A program made the translations under genes and the position numbers. This document shows, piece by piece, positions 1 through 10,484 of a stretch of 34,604 nt of DNA. The DNA is taken from NCBI GenBank assembly GCA_965656385.1, contig CBFHKM010000004.1, positions 1 through 34,604 on the forward strand, given 5' to 3'. How positions within the stretch are numbered: the stretch's first letter is position 1; each line of letters starts with the position of its first letter. The notes under the pieces are model-generated. The model searched no databases and had not been told where the DNA came from. It saw nothing but the letters and a program-made list of their open reading frames with translations. Origin of the DNA: Oceaniferula sp. (GTDB taxonomy: Bacteria > Verrucomicrobiota > Verrucomicrobiia > Verrucomicrobiales > Akkermansiaceae).

Positions 1-157
1 TAGATAGGGTGCCTATATGGCTGTAGTGACAGATCTTTATGTGATCAAAAAATATTTGAGACAAGTATGTGACAAAAAGGCGTTTAATTAGTTGTAGATG
101 AGGCTAAAAAAGACACTAATCATAGCATCTTTTATATACCCATCACACTATACCATC

Positions 158-625
158 ATGAAAATAACTTCATCTCATTTTACAGTTTTATATGCCTTTA
201 AAAAAACCAAAATGCTTCGTGCTGGTTTTACCTTGTTGGAAATGGTCATCGTTCTTGGCATCATCGCTATGATTATGGGAGGGGCTATTTTTGTGATGAA
301 AAACATATCAGACAGTGGGGCTATTACGGTAGTTGATGGGGATTTTGCTTCCATTGATAATGCATTACAGGCCTACCGTAATAATGCAGGAAACTTTCCA
401 TCAGGGCAACAGGGGCTTGCGGCATTAGTAGATAAGCCGACTTCATCACCGCGACCACGCAGGTGGATTCAGATTATGGATCAGGTGCCCAAGGACCCAT
501 GGGGTAATGACTATGTTTACAAGTATCCAGGATCTAGGGAGCGTTCTCGTCCTGAATTGATTTGTTATGGCAAAGACGGCCTAGAAGGCACCGAGGATGA
601 TATGTCCAGTCAGGATCCGCGTTAA
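158..625 (+). CDS. gspG: Type II secretion major pseudopilin GspG
   Basis: Prepilin motif G|FTLLEMVIV, hydrophobic helix, and GspG C-terminal signature (P..DPWGNDYVY...G.DG.EGTEDD). Start uncertain (98, 158 or 212). Confidence 0.92.
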   Translation: MKITSSHFTVLYAFKKTKMLRAGFTLLEMVIVLGIIAMIMGGAIFVMKNISDSGAITVVDGDFASIDNALQAYRNNAGNFPSGQQGLAALVDKPTSSPRPRRWIQIMDQVPKDPWGNDYVYKYPGSRERSRPELICYGKDGLEGTEDDMSSQDPR

Positions 626-627
626 AT

Positions 628-1203
628 ATGCAGCTCGTTAAAAGACGCATACCAAATCGACGGCTAGGTGGTTTCACCTTGCTTGAGATTGTGTTTGTGC
701 TGTCGATGGTCGCTATCTTGGTGACGTGGATGACGATGAGTATTGCTACTGTTGAGTCTGAACAAAAATTACGTGAAGCAGCTGATCGTATTGAATTGTT
801 GGCCAAGCGTGGCCTGAACATCGCTGTTATACAACAGCGACCTTATGAGCTCATAATCACAGCAAAGACGGTTTCTCTGAAACCCAAACATGTGAGTATT
901 TCTGATGATTTCGAAGGCGTTGAAGTTAGCGATTTAGGTGATGATGAAAATAATAGAAGCTTTGATGACATCACGGCAAGTGAGGCTATGGCGGCTGATG
1001 TTTCATATGAAATTAAACGTTGGCGCTCAGATGAATGGCAGACCCTGGAGAAAAATCAGCAAATTGTGATTAGTCTCAGCCCACGTGGGTTAATTGAACC
1101 AATCTCGATTCGTTGTAGTATTGGAAAGAGTTGGATAACACATGAGTTACATCCGCTTACTGCCAGTATCCGTGATGAAGAGATGAGTATCGAAAAAGAA
1201 TAA
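628..1203 (+). CDS. gspH: Minor pseudopilin, GspH-like
   Basis: G|FTLLEIVFV N-methylation motif; directly follows gspG; identity assigned from gene order. Confidence 0.7.
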   Translation: MQLVKRRIPNRRLGGFTLLEIVFVLSMVAILVTWMTMSIATVESEQKLREAADRIELLAKRGLNIAVIQQRPYELIITAKTVSLKPKHVSISDDFEGVEVSDLGDDENNRSFDDITASEAMAADVSYEIKRWRSDEWQTLEKNQQIVISLSPRGLIEPISIRCSIGKSWITHELHPLTASIRDEEMSIEKE

Positions 1204-1205
1204 AG

Positions 1206-1667
1206 ATGAGAGGCTCAAGGCAACAGGTTCTAAGAAGGGCTAGCAAGGTGAATACCTGCAATGGCTTTGTGCTGCTTGAGATTATTATAGCGCTGGGGCT
1301 TTTTGCCGCGGTCGCTGTCTCCCTGGTCAAGGCGCTGCATATGACAAGTAAGACGGCGGTGATGATCCAAGATGGCATGCGTGTTGACAGAGTTTTACGA
1401 AGTGCAATGACAGAGGCTTTGGCTAATCCTTACCTTGAGGAGGGGGCTGAAAAAGTAAATATTACGGAGCTGACCGGTGATGATAGATCATTTTTCTCTG
1501 GTGAAATCGAAACGATTATTGAGCCTGTCGAGCTGGAAAATGAAGACGGGCAGTTGCTGCAAAACATGTACCGAATTGCGGTGGTTTTTTATTGGCGTGG
1601 TGGAGATGGTGAGTGGCAATCGCAAAGTGCTGAGACTTGGAGGTATGGCAGTTTATATAGGCCATAA
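1206..1667 (+). CDS. gspI: Minor pseudopilin, GspI-like
   Basis: G|FVLLEIIIAL motif; short pilin in third position of the cluster. Confidence 0.65.
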   Translation: MRGSRQQVLRRASKVNTCNGFVLLEIIIALGLFAAVAVSLVKALHMTSKTAVMIQDGMRVDRVLRSAMTEALANPYLEEGAEKVNITELTGDDRSFFSGEIETIIEPVELENEDGQLLQNMYRIAVVFYWRGGDGEWQSQSAETWRYGSLYRP

Positions 1668-1681
1668 ATATTTTCTAATCC

Positions 1682-2506
1682 ATGAATAGAAACACGCAGT
1701 ATCAGAAGCTAAAACGCAGCAGGGGGTTTACCTTGCTGGAGATAGTGATTGCGCTAGGTCTCATGGGTATGCTGGTGGGGATGATCTTTCGTGTCGCGAG
1801 GACCTCAGTGCAGTTGAGCCAAATGGTGGTGGAGCAGCAGCAGGTGACGATGGAAAGAAATGCATTTTTCAACCTACTAAAACAACAGTTTGAGAATATG
1901 CCCGGTAACGCAATCCTAAGACTGGAGAGTAATGATTCTCGCAATGGTAGTGTGTCTCGTTCGATATTTTCTCTGATTTTTCAAAATGTGCCTATGTCTT
2001 TTGATTGGGGGGAGACCCCAATGACGGCAGAGGCAGTAGAGCTGACCACCGTAGTCCAGAGAGACGGTTTTGTTGATGTTATTTTGAAGTTCTATGAAGA
2101 TGAAATTCTTCAGGAGTCAAATGCCAGGGGGGATAATGATTTAGAACCTTTTGCTGAAATTACCCTGCTCGAGAATTTATGGATGTGTGACTGTGAGGTG
2201 GTGGACGGTAATTCAATGGAGCAATTTACTGAGTGGGATAACAACAATAAGTTGCCCTTGCAGGTGAAGTTCTATTGCCGCTTTGAACCAACGTCTGATA
2301 TCATACAGCAGACATTCTGGGTGGTTCCAAAACAAAATCCTGAAGTGTTTTTTCGTGAGGTGATGCAGCAAAACGTGGTGCAGCCTCAGACGAATGCAGG
2401 GTTGGGAAATTCAAGTGGGGTGATTGAGCTTAATAACCAAAACAAACAAAAGCCAGTCACGCCAATATCTGAGGGTCGTAGTCAACAGCAGCCAGCAGGG
2501 AGGTAG
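1682..2506 (+). CDS. gspJ: Minor pseudopilin, GspJ-like
   Basis: RG|FTLLEIVIAL motif; size and position just before gspK. Confidence 0.7.
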   Translation: MNRNTQYQKLKRSRGFTLLEIVIALGLMGMLVGMIFRVARTSVQLSQMVVEQQQVTMERNAFFNLLKQQFENMPGNAILRLESNDSRNGSVSRSIFSLIFQNVPMSFDWGETPMTAEAVELTTVVQRDGFVDVILKFYEDEILQESNARGDNDLEPFAEITLLENLWMCDCEVVDGNSMEQFTEWDNNNKLPLQVKFYCRFEPTSDIIQQTFWVVPKQNPEVFFREVMQQNVVQPQTNAGLGNSSGVIELNNQNKQKPVTPISEGRSQQQPAGR

Positions 2507-2524
2507 GTAGTAAAATATGAGGAC

Positions 2525-3508
2525 ATGAATAATCGATTAAAACATGGGGCTTTGGCCGATCCACAGAACGTATGGAGTAGTGGTTATTCAACCAAGCCCC
2601 GCCATGGCAGCGCTCTCGTCGCTGTGTTTTGGATTATGGCAGTTTTATCGCTCGCTGTATTTGCCGCAGTAAAGGTTGTCTACCATGATGCTGATGCGTC
2701 TACTTCGCAAATTCATGGTTTTGACGCGATGCTTGCTGCTGAACGAGGAATAGCTGTTGCTGTGAATCCTGCGACTCAAAAAACTGAGCCTCTTTTGAGC
2801 TGGGATAATCCTGAGCAGGGAATTTCTTATCGTGCTCGCATTGAGGCAGAGGCGGCTAGATTCAATATTAATGTCATTCTCATGCGTAAGGATAAGCAAC
2901 TGCTCACCGATATTTTTACCGATTGGGGGATGGACCTGCTTGATGCCCAAATGCTCGTGGATAATCTAGTTGATTGGATTGATCCGGGGGATCTTACAGA
3001 GCTCAATGGTGCTGAGATTGACTGGTATGAGGAGCAAGGTCGCCCTAATCACCCCTTCAATAGACCTTTTTATAATCTCAATGAGATGCGCTTGGTAAAA
3101 GATATCAATCTACTGGAAGAGGTAAAGCCTGATTGGCAGAGCTGGTTCACCCTATGGAGTAATGGTAAATTAGATATTCATGAGGCTAGTGCAGAATTCA
3201 TTGCTGCCGCTGCAGAGGTGTCGATTGATGATGCGTCAAATTTGGTTGAATATGTGCTTGGGCCAGACCAAGAGAGGAATACTGAAGACGATCAGCGTTT
3301 TCAGAATTTGACTGAAGCGCTCAGTTTGATAGGAGTTTCTGACGTGCAGCAACAAGTAGTTTCGCCCAGATTGACCGTCAAAGATACTACGACACGTATT
3401 GTCAGTGACGGCAGAGCTGGCTCAGTGAAAAGAAGAGTCACCCTGATCTTAAAAAGCCGCACGGGTCAGCCAGTTATTTTAGACCGAAAGGAAGAGATCA
3501 TTCCTTAA
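2525..3508 (+). CDS. gspK: Type II secretion pseudopilin GspK
   Basis: G|SALVAVFW atypical prepilin lacking E5; RFNIN, DWID.GD...GAE..WY and PF..L.EMRLV motifs typical of GspK. Confidence 0.88.
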   Translation: MNNRLKHGALADPQNVWSSGYSTKPRHGSALVAVFWIMAVLSLAVFAAVKVVYHDADASTSQIHGFDAMLAAERGIAVAVNPATQKTEPLLSWDNPEQGISYRARIEAEAARFNINVILMRKDKQLLTDIFTDWGMDLLDAQMLVDNLVDWIDPGDLTELNGAEIDWYEEQGRPNHPFNRPFYNLNEMRLVKDINLLEEVKPDWQSWFTLWSNGKLDIHEASAEFIAAAAEVSIDDASNLVEYVLGPDQERNTEDDQRFQNLTEALSLIGVSDVQQQVVSPRLTVKDTTTRIVSDGRAGSVKRRVTLILKSRTGQPVILDRKEEIIP

Positions 3509-3536
3509 TTTTGGGTTATAGAAATCACGACATCAT

Positions 3537-4781
3537 ATGAGTAACAAAAAAAACACCCACTTATTGATACCTGGCCCAGAAGGTTGGGAAGTATGGACGG
3601 GTGGTGTTGATAGCTCATTCCAGCTGTCTCTAGAAAATGGACCGTTACTGGTTTCTGAGATAATGGATATACCATCTGCCAATCTTGTAATGGGTTTTCC
3701 AGTGCGTGAAGCACTGGCAGTTCCCTTTAAAGTCCAAACTAGCGATGACGCGATGTTTGATGACTTGGCATCAATGCATTTGGAAAAGTCAGGAATTCGG
3801 CCCGAGGAAAATGCGGGTAAGTTGACTGATTGTTTCTCTGTGGACCAAAGTGATGGTCAGTCAACCTTGTTAGCCGTTGTCTTATCAGCGCCAAAGCTCG
3901 GAGATTTGCCCTCACCTACGCCGAGTGCGTTTGATATTTCAGCACGTTTTTTTCCTATGGCTGAGAATGCCATTACGCTCTGGCGTGAGTTAGGCCGCTG
4001 GGTGTTTGCTGTGAGTAGTCAAGGCAAGCTGACGTATTTCCAATCTCTTTCCGGCGAGAGGCTCAACGGTGAAACCATTCGTGATGTTTACTTGGCCCTG
4101 ACTCAATTGGGGTTGCAGGGGGTGAATCTTGAGTTGAGTAAAGCTGTTGTGTGGATCTCGGGTTCACCATCAGACCCTAATAATGACGAGGTCAAAGCAT
4201 TTGGCAGCCAGTTGGGTGCCGAGGTGAGTGTGGCGACTAAACCAGCTCCGTTAATGCCTAGGTCCATCAGTAAACTTATTCCTGCTGATGCTCGTAGTGA
4301 AAAACGGGTGAAAGAAAAAAAGCAAAAGCGAAACATTCTGATTTCGGTCACCTTGGTTCTCTATCTCGGATTTGCTGCTTATTTTGGTTATCATTATGTA
4401 GAATTAACCCGTTCTATCGATGAGCAGGATAGGAAGATAAGAGACGTGAGGACCAATCACGCCGAAATCGCTCTATTTAACGCCGATTGGCAGCAGTTGG
4501 CGGCAGTGGTGGAAAGTCAGAATTGGCCGATTCAGTTACTCTACAGAACGGCCACGATTATTCCTCCATCACAAGATCTGCGGTTTAAGGTTTTTGAGGC
4601 TAGTCGCGAGCGTATCGTGATTCGTGGAGAATCTTCTGAGCTCAAGACGACCAGTAGTTATTCCGAGAAAATAAGGCGTGCGCTTAAAGATTATGAATGG
4701 TCGTTGCCCCCAGCGGAAGATGATCGCAAGACAGATCGTTGGAAATTTAATTACGAAGGTAAGTTGAAAGGGGGCATGTAA
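3537..4781 (+). CDS. gspL: GspL/PilM-PilN-like inner-membrane platform protein
   Basis: Cytoplasmic N-domain, single TM (NILISVTLVLYLGFAAYFGY), coiled coil, PilN-like C-domain; follows gspK. Confidence 0.6.
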   Translation: MSNKKNTHLLIPGPEGWEVWTGGVDSSFQLSLENGPLLVSEIMDIPSANLVMGFPVREALAVPFKVQTSDDAMFDDLASMHLEKSGIRPEENAGKLTDCFSVDQSDGQSTLLAVVLSAPKLGDLPSPTPSAFDISARFFPMAENAITLWRELGRWVFAVSSQGKLTYFQSLSGERLNGETIRDVYLALTQLGLQGVNLELSKAVVWISGSPSDPNNDEVKAFGSQLGAEVSVATKPAPLMPRSISKLIPADARSEKRVKEKKQKRNILISVTLVLYLGFAAYFGYHYVELTRSIDEQDRKIRDVRTNHAEIALFNADWQQLAAVVESQNWPIQLLYRTATIIPPSQDLRFKVFEASRERIVIRGESSELKTTSSYSEKIRRALKDYEWSLPPAEDDRKTDRWKFNYEGKLKGGM

Positions 4782-4783
4782 TC

Positions 4784-5338
4784 ATGAATTCACGAGAGAA
4801 AAATCTTATTTTGCTGCTTTTTGGTGTGGCTTTCATGGTCATCAATATTTTCTTGTTTACGTCTTTTAATGCCGCGATGCAAAAAAAGCGAAGTCAGCTG
4901 GATATTGGCGCCAAGAAACTGAACTTGATGGAGCAAGATTTAGCCATGTGGGAGTCGAAGGCTGACGACGTTGAATGGCTGGCAAATAACCAGCCTGTAA
5001 TAGGTGTGCATGCAAATATTGGAGCCGATCTTGCGGCATTTACTGAAGAGGCTGCTAATCGTCATGGCGTAGCTCTGTCGAAGCGGCCCAGTCCGCAGCG
5101 TGCCGACACAGAAGAAGCTGGTGCCTATCGCAGCGCACTGGTCAAGGTGACTGCCAATGCAATGGATGAGCAACTCTATAAGTGGCTCACTGATTTACAG
5201 AACCCAGATCTCAGTCGATCAGTCACCTTTGTGCGAATTAGCCCCCAACGTGACGATCCTACGCGTATTGATTGTGAACTTGAAATTACGCAATGGTTTC
5301 GTCCTGAAAGAGAGGATGAGCCAATTCTGAACGAGTAA
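4784..5338 (+). CDS. gspM: GspM/PilO-like platform protein
   Basis: MNSREKNLILLL N-terminus typical of GspM, TM, coiled coil, then a ferredoxin-like pattern (L.KWL.DLQ). Confidence 0.65.
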   Translation: MNSREKNLILLLFGVAFMVINIFLFTSFNAAMQKKRSQLDIGAKKLNLMEQDLAMWESKADDVEWLANNQPVIGVHANIGADLAAFTEEAANRHGVALSKRPSPQRADTEEAGAYRSALVKVTANAMDEQLYKWLTDLQNPDLSRSVTFVRISPQRDDPTRIDCELEITQWFRPEREDEPILNE

Positions 5339-5436
5339 GGGGGCGATTCTCTGATTTTTTGGAGTGATCTACACATTAAACAAACAATTTACTGACAATC
5401 AGGCGTTATTTCAGTTATACATTCTTCAGTCATTCC

Positions 5437-6006
5437 ATGCGTAACACATTATCTATCCTATGTCTTATGACAGTCCTTATGGGATTGATGTTTGTCGATG
5501 TGTCATTCGCGACGCCTCCTCGCAAACCAAGCGCATCCCAATTTAGTGTTTTAGTGTCACGATCGCCTTTCACCATTCGGGCGTCGTCGAGTGTATCCCG
5601 AGTAACATCTCCACTGGAGAAGGATTGGATGCTTGGTAGTATCCGCCCCAATACCGACGGTAAAGGTTGGGCAGTTACTTTGATTAACAAAAAAGATCGA
5701 AAAAATCGGGTGCGGTTTTTACCCGGATTTTCTGCAGACGGCTTTGAATTACTGGAGGTGGATCAAAATATGGCTGACCCAAAGGCTTCGAAAGTGCGGG
5801 TTCGTCAAGGATCTCAAACCGCTTGGATTTCATATGATGAGAACCTTATTAAGGTGAGGTCATCGGCATCAGGGCAGACCAAGTCCAGCCGAGTGAAACA
5901 GGCTGGTTCGAATAAGCCCAGGATTGTTCAGCCTGCAGCTCCCAGCAAAGGCGGTGTTGTTCGTCCAGTACGAAAGCGATACACTTCAAAAGAGAATAAG
6001 CCTTAA
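5437..6006 (+). CDS. Hypothetical membrane-anchored/secreted protein in GspC position
   Basis: N-terminal hydrophobic segment, RSPF motif then beta-rich domain, basic low-complexity tail; immediately upstream of the secretin. Confidence 0.5.
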   Translation: MRNTLSILCLMTVLMGLMFVDVSFATPPRKPSASQFSVLVSRSPFTIRASSSVSRVTSPLEKDWMLGSIRPNTDGKGWAVTLINKKDRKNRVRFLPGFSADGFELLEVDQNMADPKASKVRVRQGSQTAWISYDENLIKVRSSASGQTKSSRVKQAGSNKPRIVQPAAPSKGGVVRPVRKRYTSKENKP

Positions 6007-6029
6007 GCGATTTTAAACCAACGTTATCT

Positions 6030-8435
6030 ATGAAGATTTTTTTATCCATTCTTACCAGTATTGCCTTTTCGGTTACCGGGCATACTCAAGTTGCGGATGA
6101 TGGTGCTCCCAATGCAGTGGGTAAAGCTCAGCCCCAGGTGGGGAAACCTGAACAAGCATCGGCTAACAAAGGTATTCCAGTTGCCCCAGTGGCTCCAGTG
6201 GTGCCAGCCGGAGCGGCTCAGCCGATAGGGCAGCAAGGGCCTAAACCAGCATCAGCACGCAGGATCATCCCCAAAATAGATGCGAACAGTGGGCCTATGG
6301 CAATGGCCGCAAAAAAAGGAGAGATCATCGATGGAAGCAATTGGGATGATCAAGATGTCGCAGACGAGTATTCTAAATATACCGGCCAACGTGTGCTGCT
6401 TAGTTCCGCGACACAGGATCTTGAAATTAGGTTTTTTCAGCGTGGGCCTCTCACTAATGAGCAGGCGGCTAGTTTACTTGTCAAAGTCCTTGGCATGGAG
6501 GGTTATGTATTCGTTCCTAGTGGTGTCAATGAGGTGAAGCTGTTGCCAAAGGCACAGGGTAGTGGAGCCAACGGCCCTGCTGAACTTGAAGATATCATCG
6601 ATGATGCGAGTAAAATCCCGGAGGGGGACGATTACATCTCGTATTTCATGAAGTTGAATTTCATCAAGCCTGAGGAGGCAGTGAGGACATTCACTCAAAG
6701 TATCCATGGTTTGGGGCCTGGCGCGAAAATCGCGGCTGTGCCAAATGCTTCCGCCATACTCATTACGGGCAAATCAACTTTTGTTCGTAAGCTCATTAAT
6801 CAACAAAGATACATTGATGTTCCTACAGGCAATGTTGCTACCGCATGGGTGCAGCTAAAGTATGCTGATTCTGAGGATATTGCAGCAACGCTCAATGAAA
6901 TCATGAATGCTCAACAGCAGAGTGATACGACAGCGGGGGTGACCAAAGTAGGAGCGGCTAAGCCCAAAGTAGATGCACCAAGTCCATCAGTTGGTGTTCC
7001 CGTATCAGCAGCTGGTGAAGAGATTCCAGTTCAAATTGTTCCTGATCCACGACTGAATAAGATCTTCCTCATGGGGAGGCCTGTTGATATTGTCTTTGTT
7101 GAGGGGCTTGTGCGTCAGTTTGATGCCCCACCTAATCGAAATTCATTCTACAAGAGGAAGTTGCGCTTTATCATAGCCAGTGACTTTTTGCAAATAGCAG
7201 CTGATGCGCTGGAGGCACACAATGGCTCTGGTAATGAGACCCCTAACCGTCAGGGCAACGCCCGTCAAAACCAGTCACGTAACCAGTCTGGTCGGTCGTC
7301 CAATGGTAGTGATCGAGGTAATTCACGCACCGGTAATGTTGAGTCGGTCGAGGAATTTAATGTTAGTGATGTGCCCGAGTCTATTGTGGTTGGTAAAACT
7401 TTCATTGTTGCTGATAACTTGGCAAACAGCATCTTGGTTCAAGGAACTCCAGAAAGTGTGCGTATTGTGACTGAACTGGTTGACAAACTGGATGGGCGAC
7501 CTCAACAGGTCATGATTTCTACTGTATTTGGCGAAGCGTCGCTAGGCAACGGCACGGACATTGGTGTAAGTCTCGGGGCTATTGCACGAGGGGGAGATAG
7601 AGATGCCGCAGGCTCTACTGGTGGCGGTGGACCCTTGCCTGCATTCGCAGAGTTGCTCTCGAACGTGGGTTTAAATACGGCGGTGGCTGATGACTTTGCT
7701 AGAGGCTTGAATATCTATGGTAGAATCAATGATTTCACTGGCGTGATTCGAGCCCTTGAAAGTAGTTCAGACTTTAAAATTTTATCAAGGCCAACGGTTT
7801 ACACGGCTAACAATCGAAAAGCTGTAATCTCTTCGGGAAGTAGTATCGCTGTTCCGACCAATCAATTTAATAGTGGAACGACAGGGCAAAGCACAAACAT
7901 TGAATATAGAGATGTGTTGCTTCGGTTTGAGGTAGTTCCACTCATTAATTCGGAAGATGAGGTGACACTGCGTATTTCGCTGATCAATGATACAGTCGGT
8001 GAGGATCAGACGATTGGAGACCTCACAGTGCCGACTATTGGCACGGAGACCGTGACAACGACGGTGACGGTGAAAAATAACACTACTGTAGTTATCGGGG
8101 GCTTGGTTACCGAGGTTGAGCGTAATTCTAAGAGTGGTGTCCCTGTGTTAAGTAGAATCCCAGGTATTGGGAGGCTCTTTAGTCGAACTCGAAAAAGTGT
8201 AGAGCGCCGTGAGCTTTTGGTTTTCATTCAGCCCAAGATTGTTGGTGGTCATACCAGCCAACTAGATGTCCAAGAAGATATGGAGCGGCGTTACGATGTT
8301 GCCCCAGCGGCGCGAGAGTTTGCCGATGGTGTGCTTCCGCCCAAACCTGTTGAAAGAAAGGATTCAAAATCGCCCAAAAAGTCGATTCCGTCGGCATCTA
8401 AACGCCCAGACATTAAGTATCCTACAAGAAGGTAA
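6030..8435 (+). CDS. gspD: Type II secretion secretin GspD
   Basis: Signal peptide, repeated N-domains (LKYADSEDIAATL, DPRLNKIFLMG) and secretin domain (QVMISTV, ILSRPTVYTANNRKAVI, GVPVLSRIPGIGRLF, ELLVFIQPKIV). Confidence 0.93.
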   Translation: MKIFLSILTSIAFSVTGHTQVADDGAPNAVGKAQPQVGKPEQASANKGIPVAPVAPVVPAGAAQPIGQQGPKPASARRIIPKIDANSGPMAMAAKKGEIIDGSNWDDQDVADEYSKYTGQRVLLSSATQDLEIRFFQRGPLTNEQAASLLVKVLGMEGYVFVPSGVNEVKLLPKAQGSGANGPAELEDIIDDASKIPEGDDYISYFMKLNFIKPEEAVRTFTQSIHGLGPGAKIAAVPNASAILITGKSTFVRKLINQQRYIDVPTGNVATAWVQLKYADSEDIAATLNEIMNAQQQSDTTAGVTKVGAAKPKVDAPSPSVGVPVSAAGEEIPVQIVPDPRLNKIFLMGRPVDIVFVEGLVRQFDAPPNRNSFYKRKLRFIIASDFLQIAADALEAHNGSGNETPNRQGNARQNQSRNQSGRSSNGSDRGNSRTGNVESVEEFNVSDVPESIVVGKTFIVADNLANSILVQGTPESVRIVTELVDKLDGRPQQVMISTVFGEASLGNGTDIGVSLGAIARGGDRDAAGSTGGGGPLPAFAELLSNVGLNTAVADDFARGLNIYGRINDFTGVIRALESSSDFKILSRPTVYTANNRKAVISSGSSIAVPTNQFNSGTTGQSTNIEYRDVLLRFEVVPLINSEDEVTLRISLINDTVGEDQTIGDLTVPTIGTETVTTTVTVKNNTTVVIGGLVTEVERNSKSGVPVLSRIPGIGRLFSRTRKSVERRELLVFIQPKIVGGHTSQLDVQEDMERRYDVAPAAREFADGVLPPKPVERKDSKSPKKSIPSASKRPDIKYPTRR

Positions 8436-8527
8436 GGTTCTTTATTGCTGTCATTTGTATGCGTTATGAACCAGAGCTTTCTCAATTAAACATAGGTGGT
8501 ATATAAAAATGGTATCAACCTAAACGG

Positions 8528-9904
8528 ATGATGAATCGTGTAGCAGTTATTAATGTTGTCGGTCTGACACAGGGCTTGATCAGTGATAAAACACCAGCAA
8601 TCAAGGCATTTGCTGATAAATGTCAGCTGAGCTCTTTTCCGCCTTCTTTCCCTGCGGTAACTTGCACTGCCCAATCAACCTATTTGACCGGAACTGAAGT
8701 TGGAGAGCACGGCATTGTCGGTAATGGATGGTATGATCGTGAGTTTGCTGAAGTAAGGTTTTGGAAACAAAGTAACCATCAGGTTCACGGGGAAAAAATT
8801 TGGGACCAGATCAAGAGTAATCATTCGGATGCTAAATGTGCCAATATGTTTTGGTGGTACAATATGTATTCAAGTGCTGATTTTACTGCCACGCCACGCC
8901 CAATGTATCCTGCAGACGGCAGGAAGGTTTTTGATATTCACACCCAGCCTATGAATATGCGGGAGAGCATGAAAGCCGATTTAGGAGATTTTCCATTTCC
9001 TGCTTTCTGGGGGCCTGCTGCAGGTATTCGATCATCTCAGTGGATTGCTGAGTCTGCAAAGTGGATTGAAGCGGCTGAGCAGCCGACTCTGAATCTCGTT
9101 TATCTGCCTCATCTGGACTATTGCTTGCAGAAGTATGGGCCGGGGGCTCAGGAGGTTGAGCCTGAATTACAGGCAATTGATCAAGTAGTGGGAGACTTGA
9201 TTGCCTTCTATGAAGAACGCGAGATCGAGGTTGTGGTGTTATCGGAGTACGGTATATCTGAAGTTAATCGTGTGGTTCACTTGAATAGAGAGTTTCGCAA
9301 GAGGGGTTGGATTCAAGTGAAGGATGAGCTAGGCCTGGAGACTCTTGATTGTGGAGCTTGTCGTGTGTTTGCTGTTGCTGATCATCAGGTAGCTCATATT
9401 TACATCAATGACGAAACGATTCGTGACGAGGTGGTTGAGCTATTGCATGGCTTGGACGGGGTGGAAGAAGTCAGGGTTCCCAGCGACATATGGGGGCTTG
9501 GTGTCGCAGCAGAGAGAGCAGGAGACTTGATTGCAGTTTCTGCAAGTGATGCATGGTTTACTTATTATTATTGGGAGGATGATGAGAAGGCTCCTGATTT
9601 TGCGCGGTGTGTCGATATTCATCGCAAACCTGGATACGATCCCGTGGAATTATTTATCAATCCTGAATTGGCTTTCCCAAAAGCAAAAATTGCATCTTTT
9701 TTACTCAAGAAAAAACTAGGTTTACGTGCATTGTTGGATGTGATCCCACTCGATGCTAGTCTCATAAAGGGATCTCATGGTAGAGATCGGGTTCCGGTGG
9801 CGGAGCAGCCTGTATTCATTGCTAACACGGTGACTGTATCTTCAGTATCGGAGGTCAATCAGGCGATACGCACCATGGTTGGCAGTGACGAAAGCGATAT
9901 TTAA
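8528..9904 (+). CDS. eboF: Alkaline phosphatase superfamily nucleotide pyrophosphatase/phosphodiesterase, EboF-like
   Basis: VVGLT, FPAVTCTAQSTYLTG (Thr nucleophile), HGIVGNGWY, YLPHLDY, LSEYG, DIHRKPGYDP, GSHG. Confidence 0.8.
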   Translation: MMNRVAVINVVGLTQGLISDKTPAIKAFADKCQLSSFPPSFPAVTCTAQSTYLTGTEVGEHGIVGNGWYDREFAEVRFWKQSNHQVHGEKIWDQIKSNHSDAKCANMFWWYNMYSSADFTATPRPMYPADGRKVFDIHTQPMNMRESMKADLGDFPFPAFWGPAAGIRSSQWIAESAKWIEAAEQPTLNLVYLPHLDYCLQKYGPGAQEVEPELQAIDQVVGDLIAFYEEREIEVVVLSEYGISEVNRVVHLNREFRKRGWIQVKDELGLETLDCGACRVFAVADHQVAHIYINDETIRDEVVELLHGLDGVEEVRVPSDIWGLGVAAERAGDLIAVSASDAWFTYYYWEDDEKAPDFARCVDIHRKPGYDPVELFINPELAFPKAKIASFLLKKKLGLRALLDVIPLDASLIKGSHGRDRVPVAEQPVFIANTVTVSSVSEVNQAIRTMVGSDESDI

Positions 9905-9949
9905 ATTATTTACAGACAATCATTTGTCTCACTGGCATTATACAAATGA

Positions 9950-10483
9950 ATGGTTAAATCTTCAGATATGCATTCCAGAGCATGGAAACGCTGGCTTAGA
10001 GAGCACAGCTCACGCTTGTATATCTATGCACGTCAGAGAAGTCAGAGCCGGCAAGATGCTGAGGATATTATTCAAGATGGTCTTATTCGGCTTTGGGGCT
10101 ATCAAGAAGAACGGGGCAATGTGCCCCCAGATCTACCGTTAGCTTATTCGGTGCTGCGCTTTGTGGCAATGGACCATCATAAAAAAGCGGGGCGAAAAAA
10201 GCGAAAGGAGGAGGCCGTTATTTATCTGCATGACCAAGAGGACTACTGGCTTGATACTAATGCGGAAAACGATGATGAGGCCCTCATGCTCAGGCAGGCT
10301 GTTGAAAAGCTCGGCGAAAAGCTTAGAGAAGTGGTCACATTGAAAATATGGGGAGGTTTAACCTTCGGCCAAATTGCGGAAGCGATGTCGATTTCACCCA
10401 ATACAGCAGCATCAAGATATCGCTATGCGCTGGAACAATTAGAACGAAAATTAGAAACTCTTAAGCAAGAACGTCTAGGTTAA
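9950..10483 (+). CDS. ECF-type RNA polymerase sigma-70 factor
   Basis: Region 2 (DAEDIIQDGLIRLW) and region 4 HTH (REVVTLKIWGGLTFGQIAEAMSISPNTAASRYRYA). Confidence 0.92.
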   Translation: MVKSSDMHSRAWKRWLREHSSRLYIYARQRSQSRQDAEDIIQDGLIRLWGYQEERGNVPPDLPLAYSVLRFVAMDHHKKAGRKKRKEEAVIYLHDQEDYWLDTNAENDDEALMLRQAVEKLGEKLREVVTLKIWGGLTFGQIAEAMSISPNTAASRYRYALEQLERKLETLKQERLG

Positions 10484-10484
10484 T

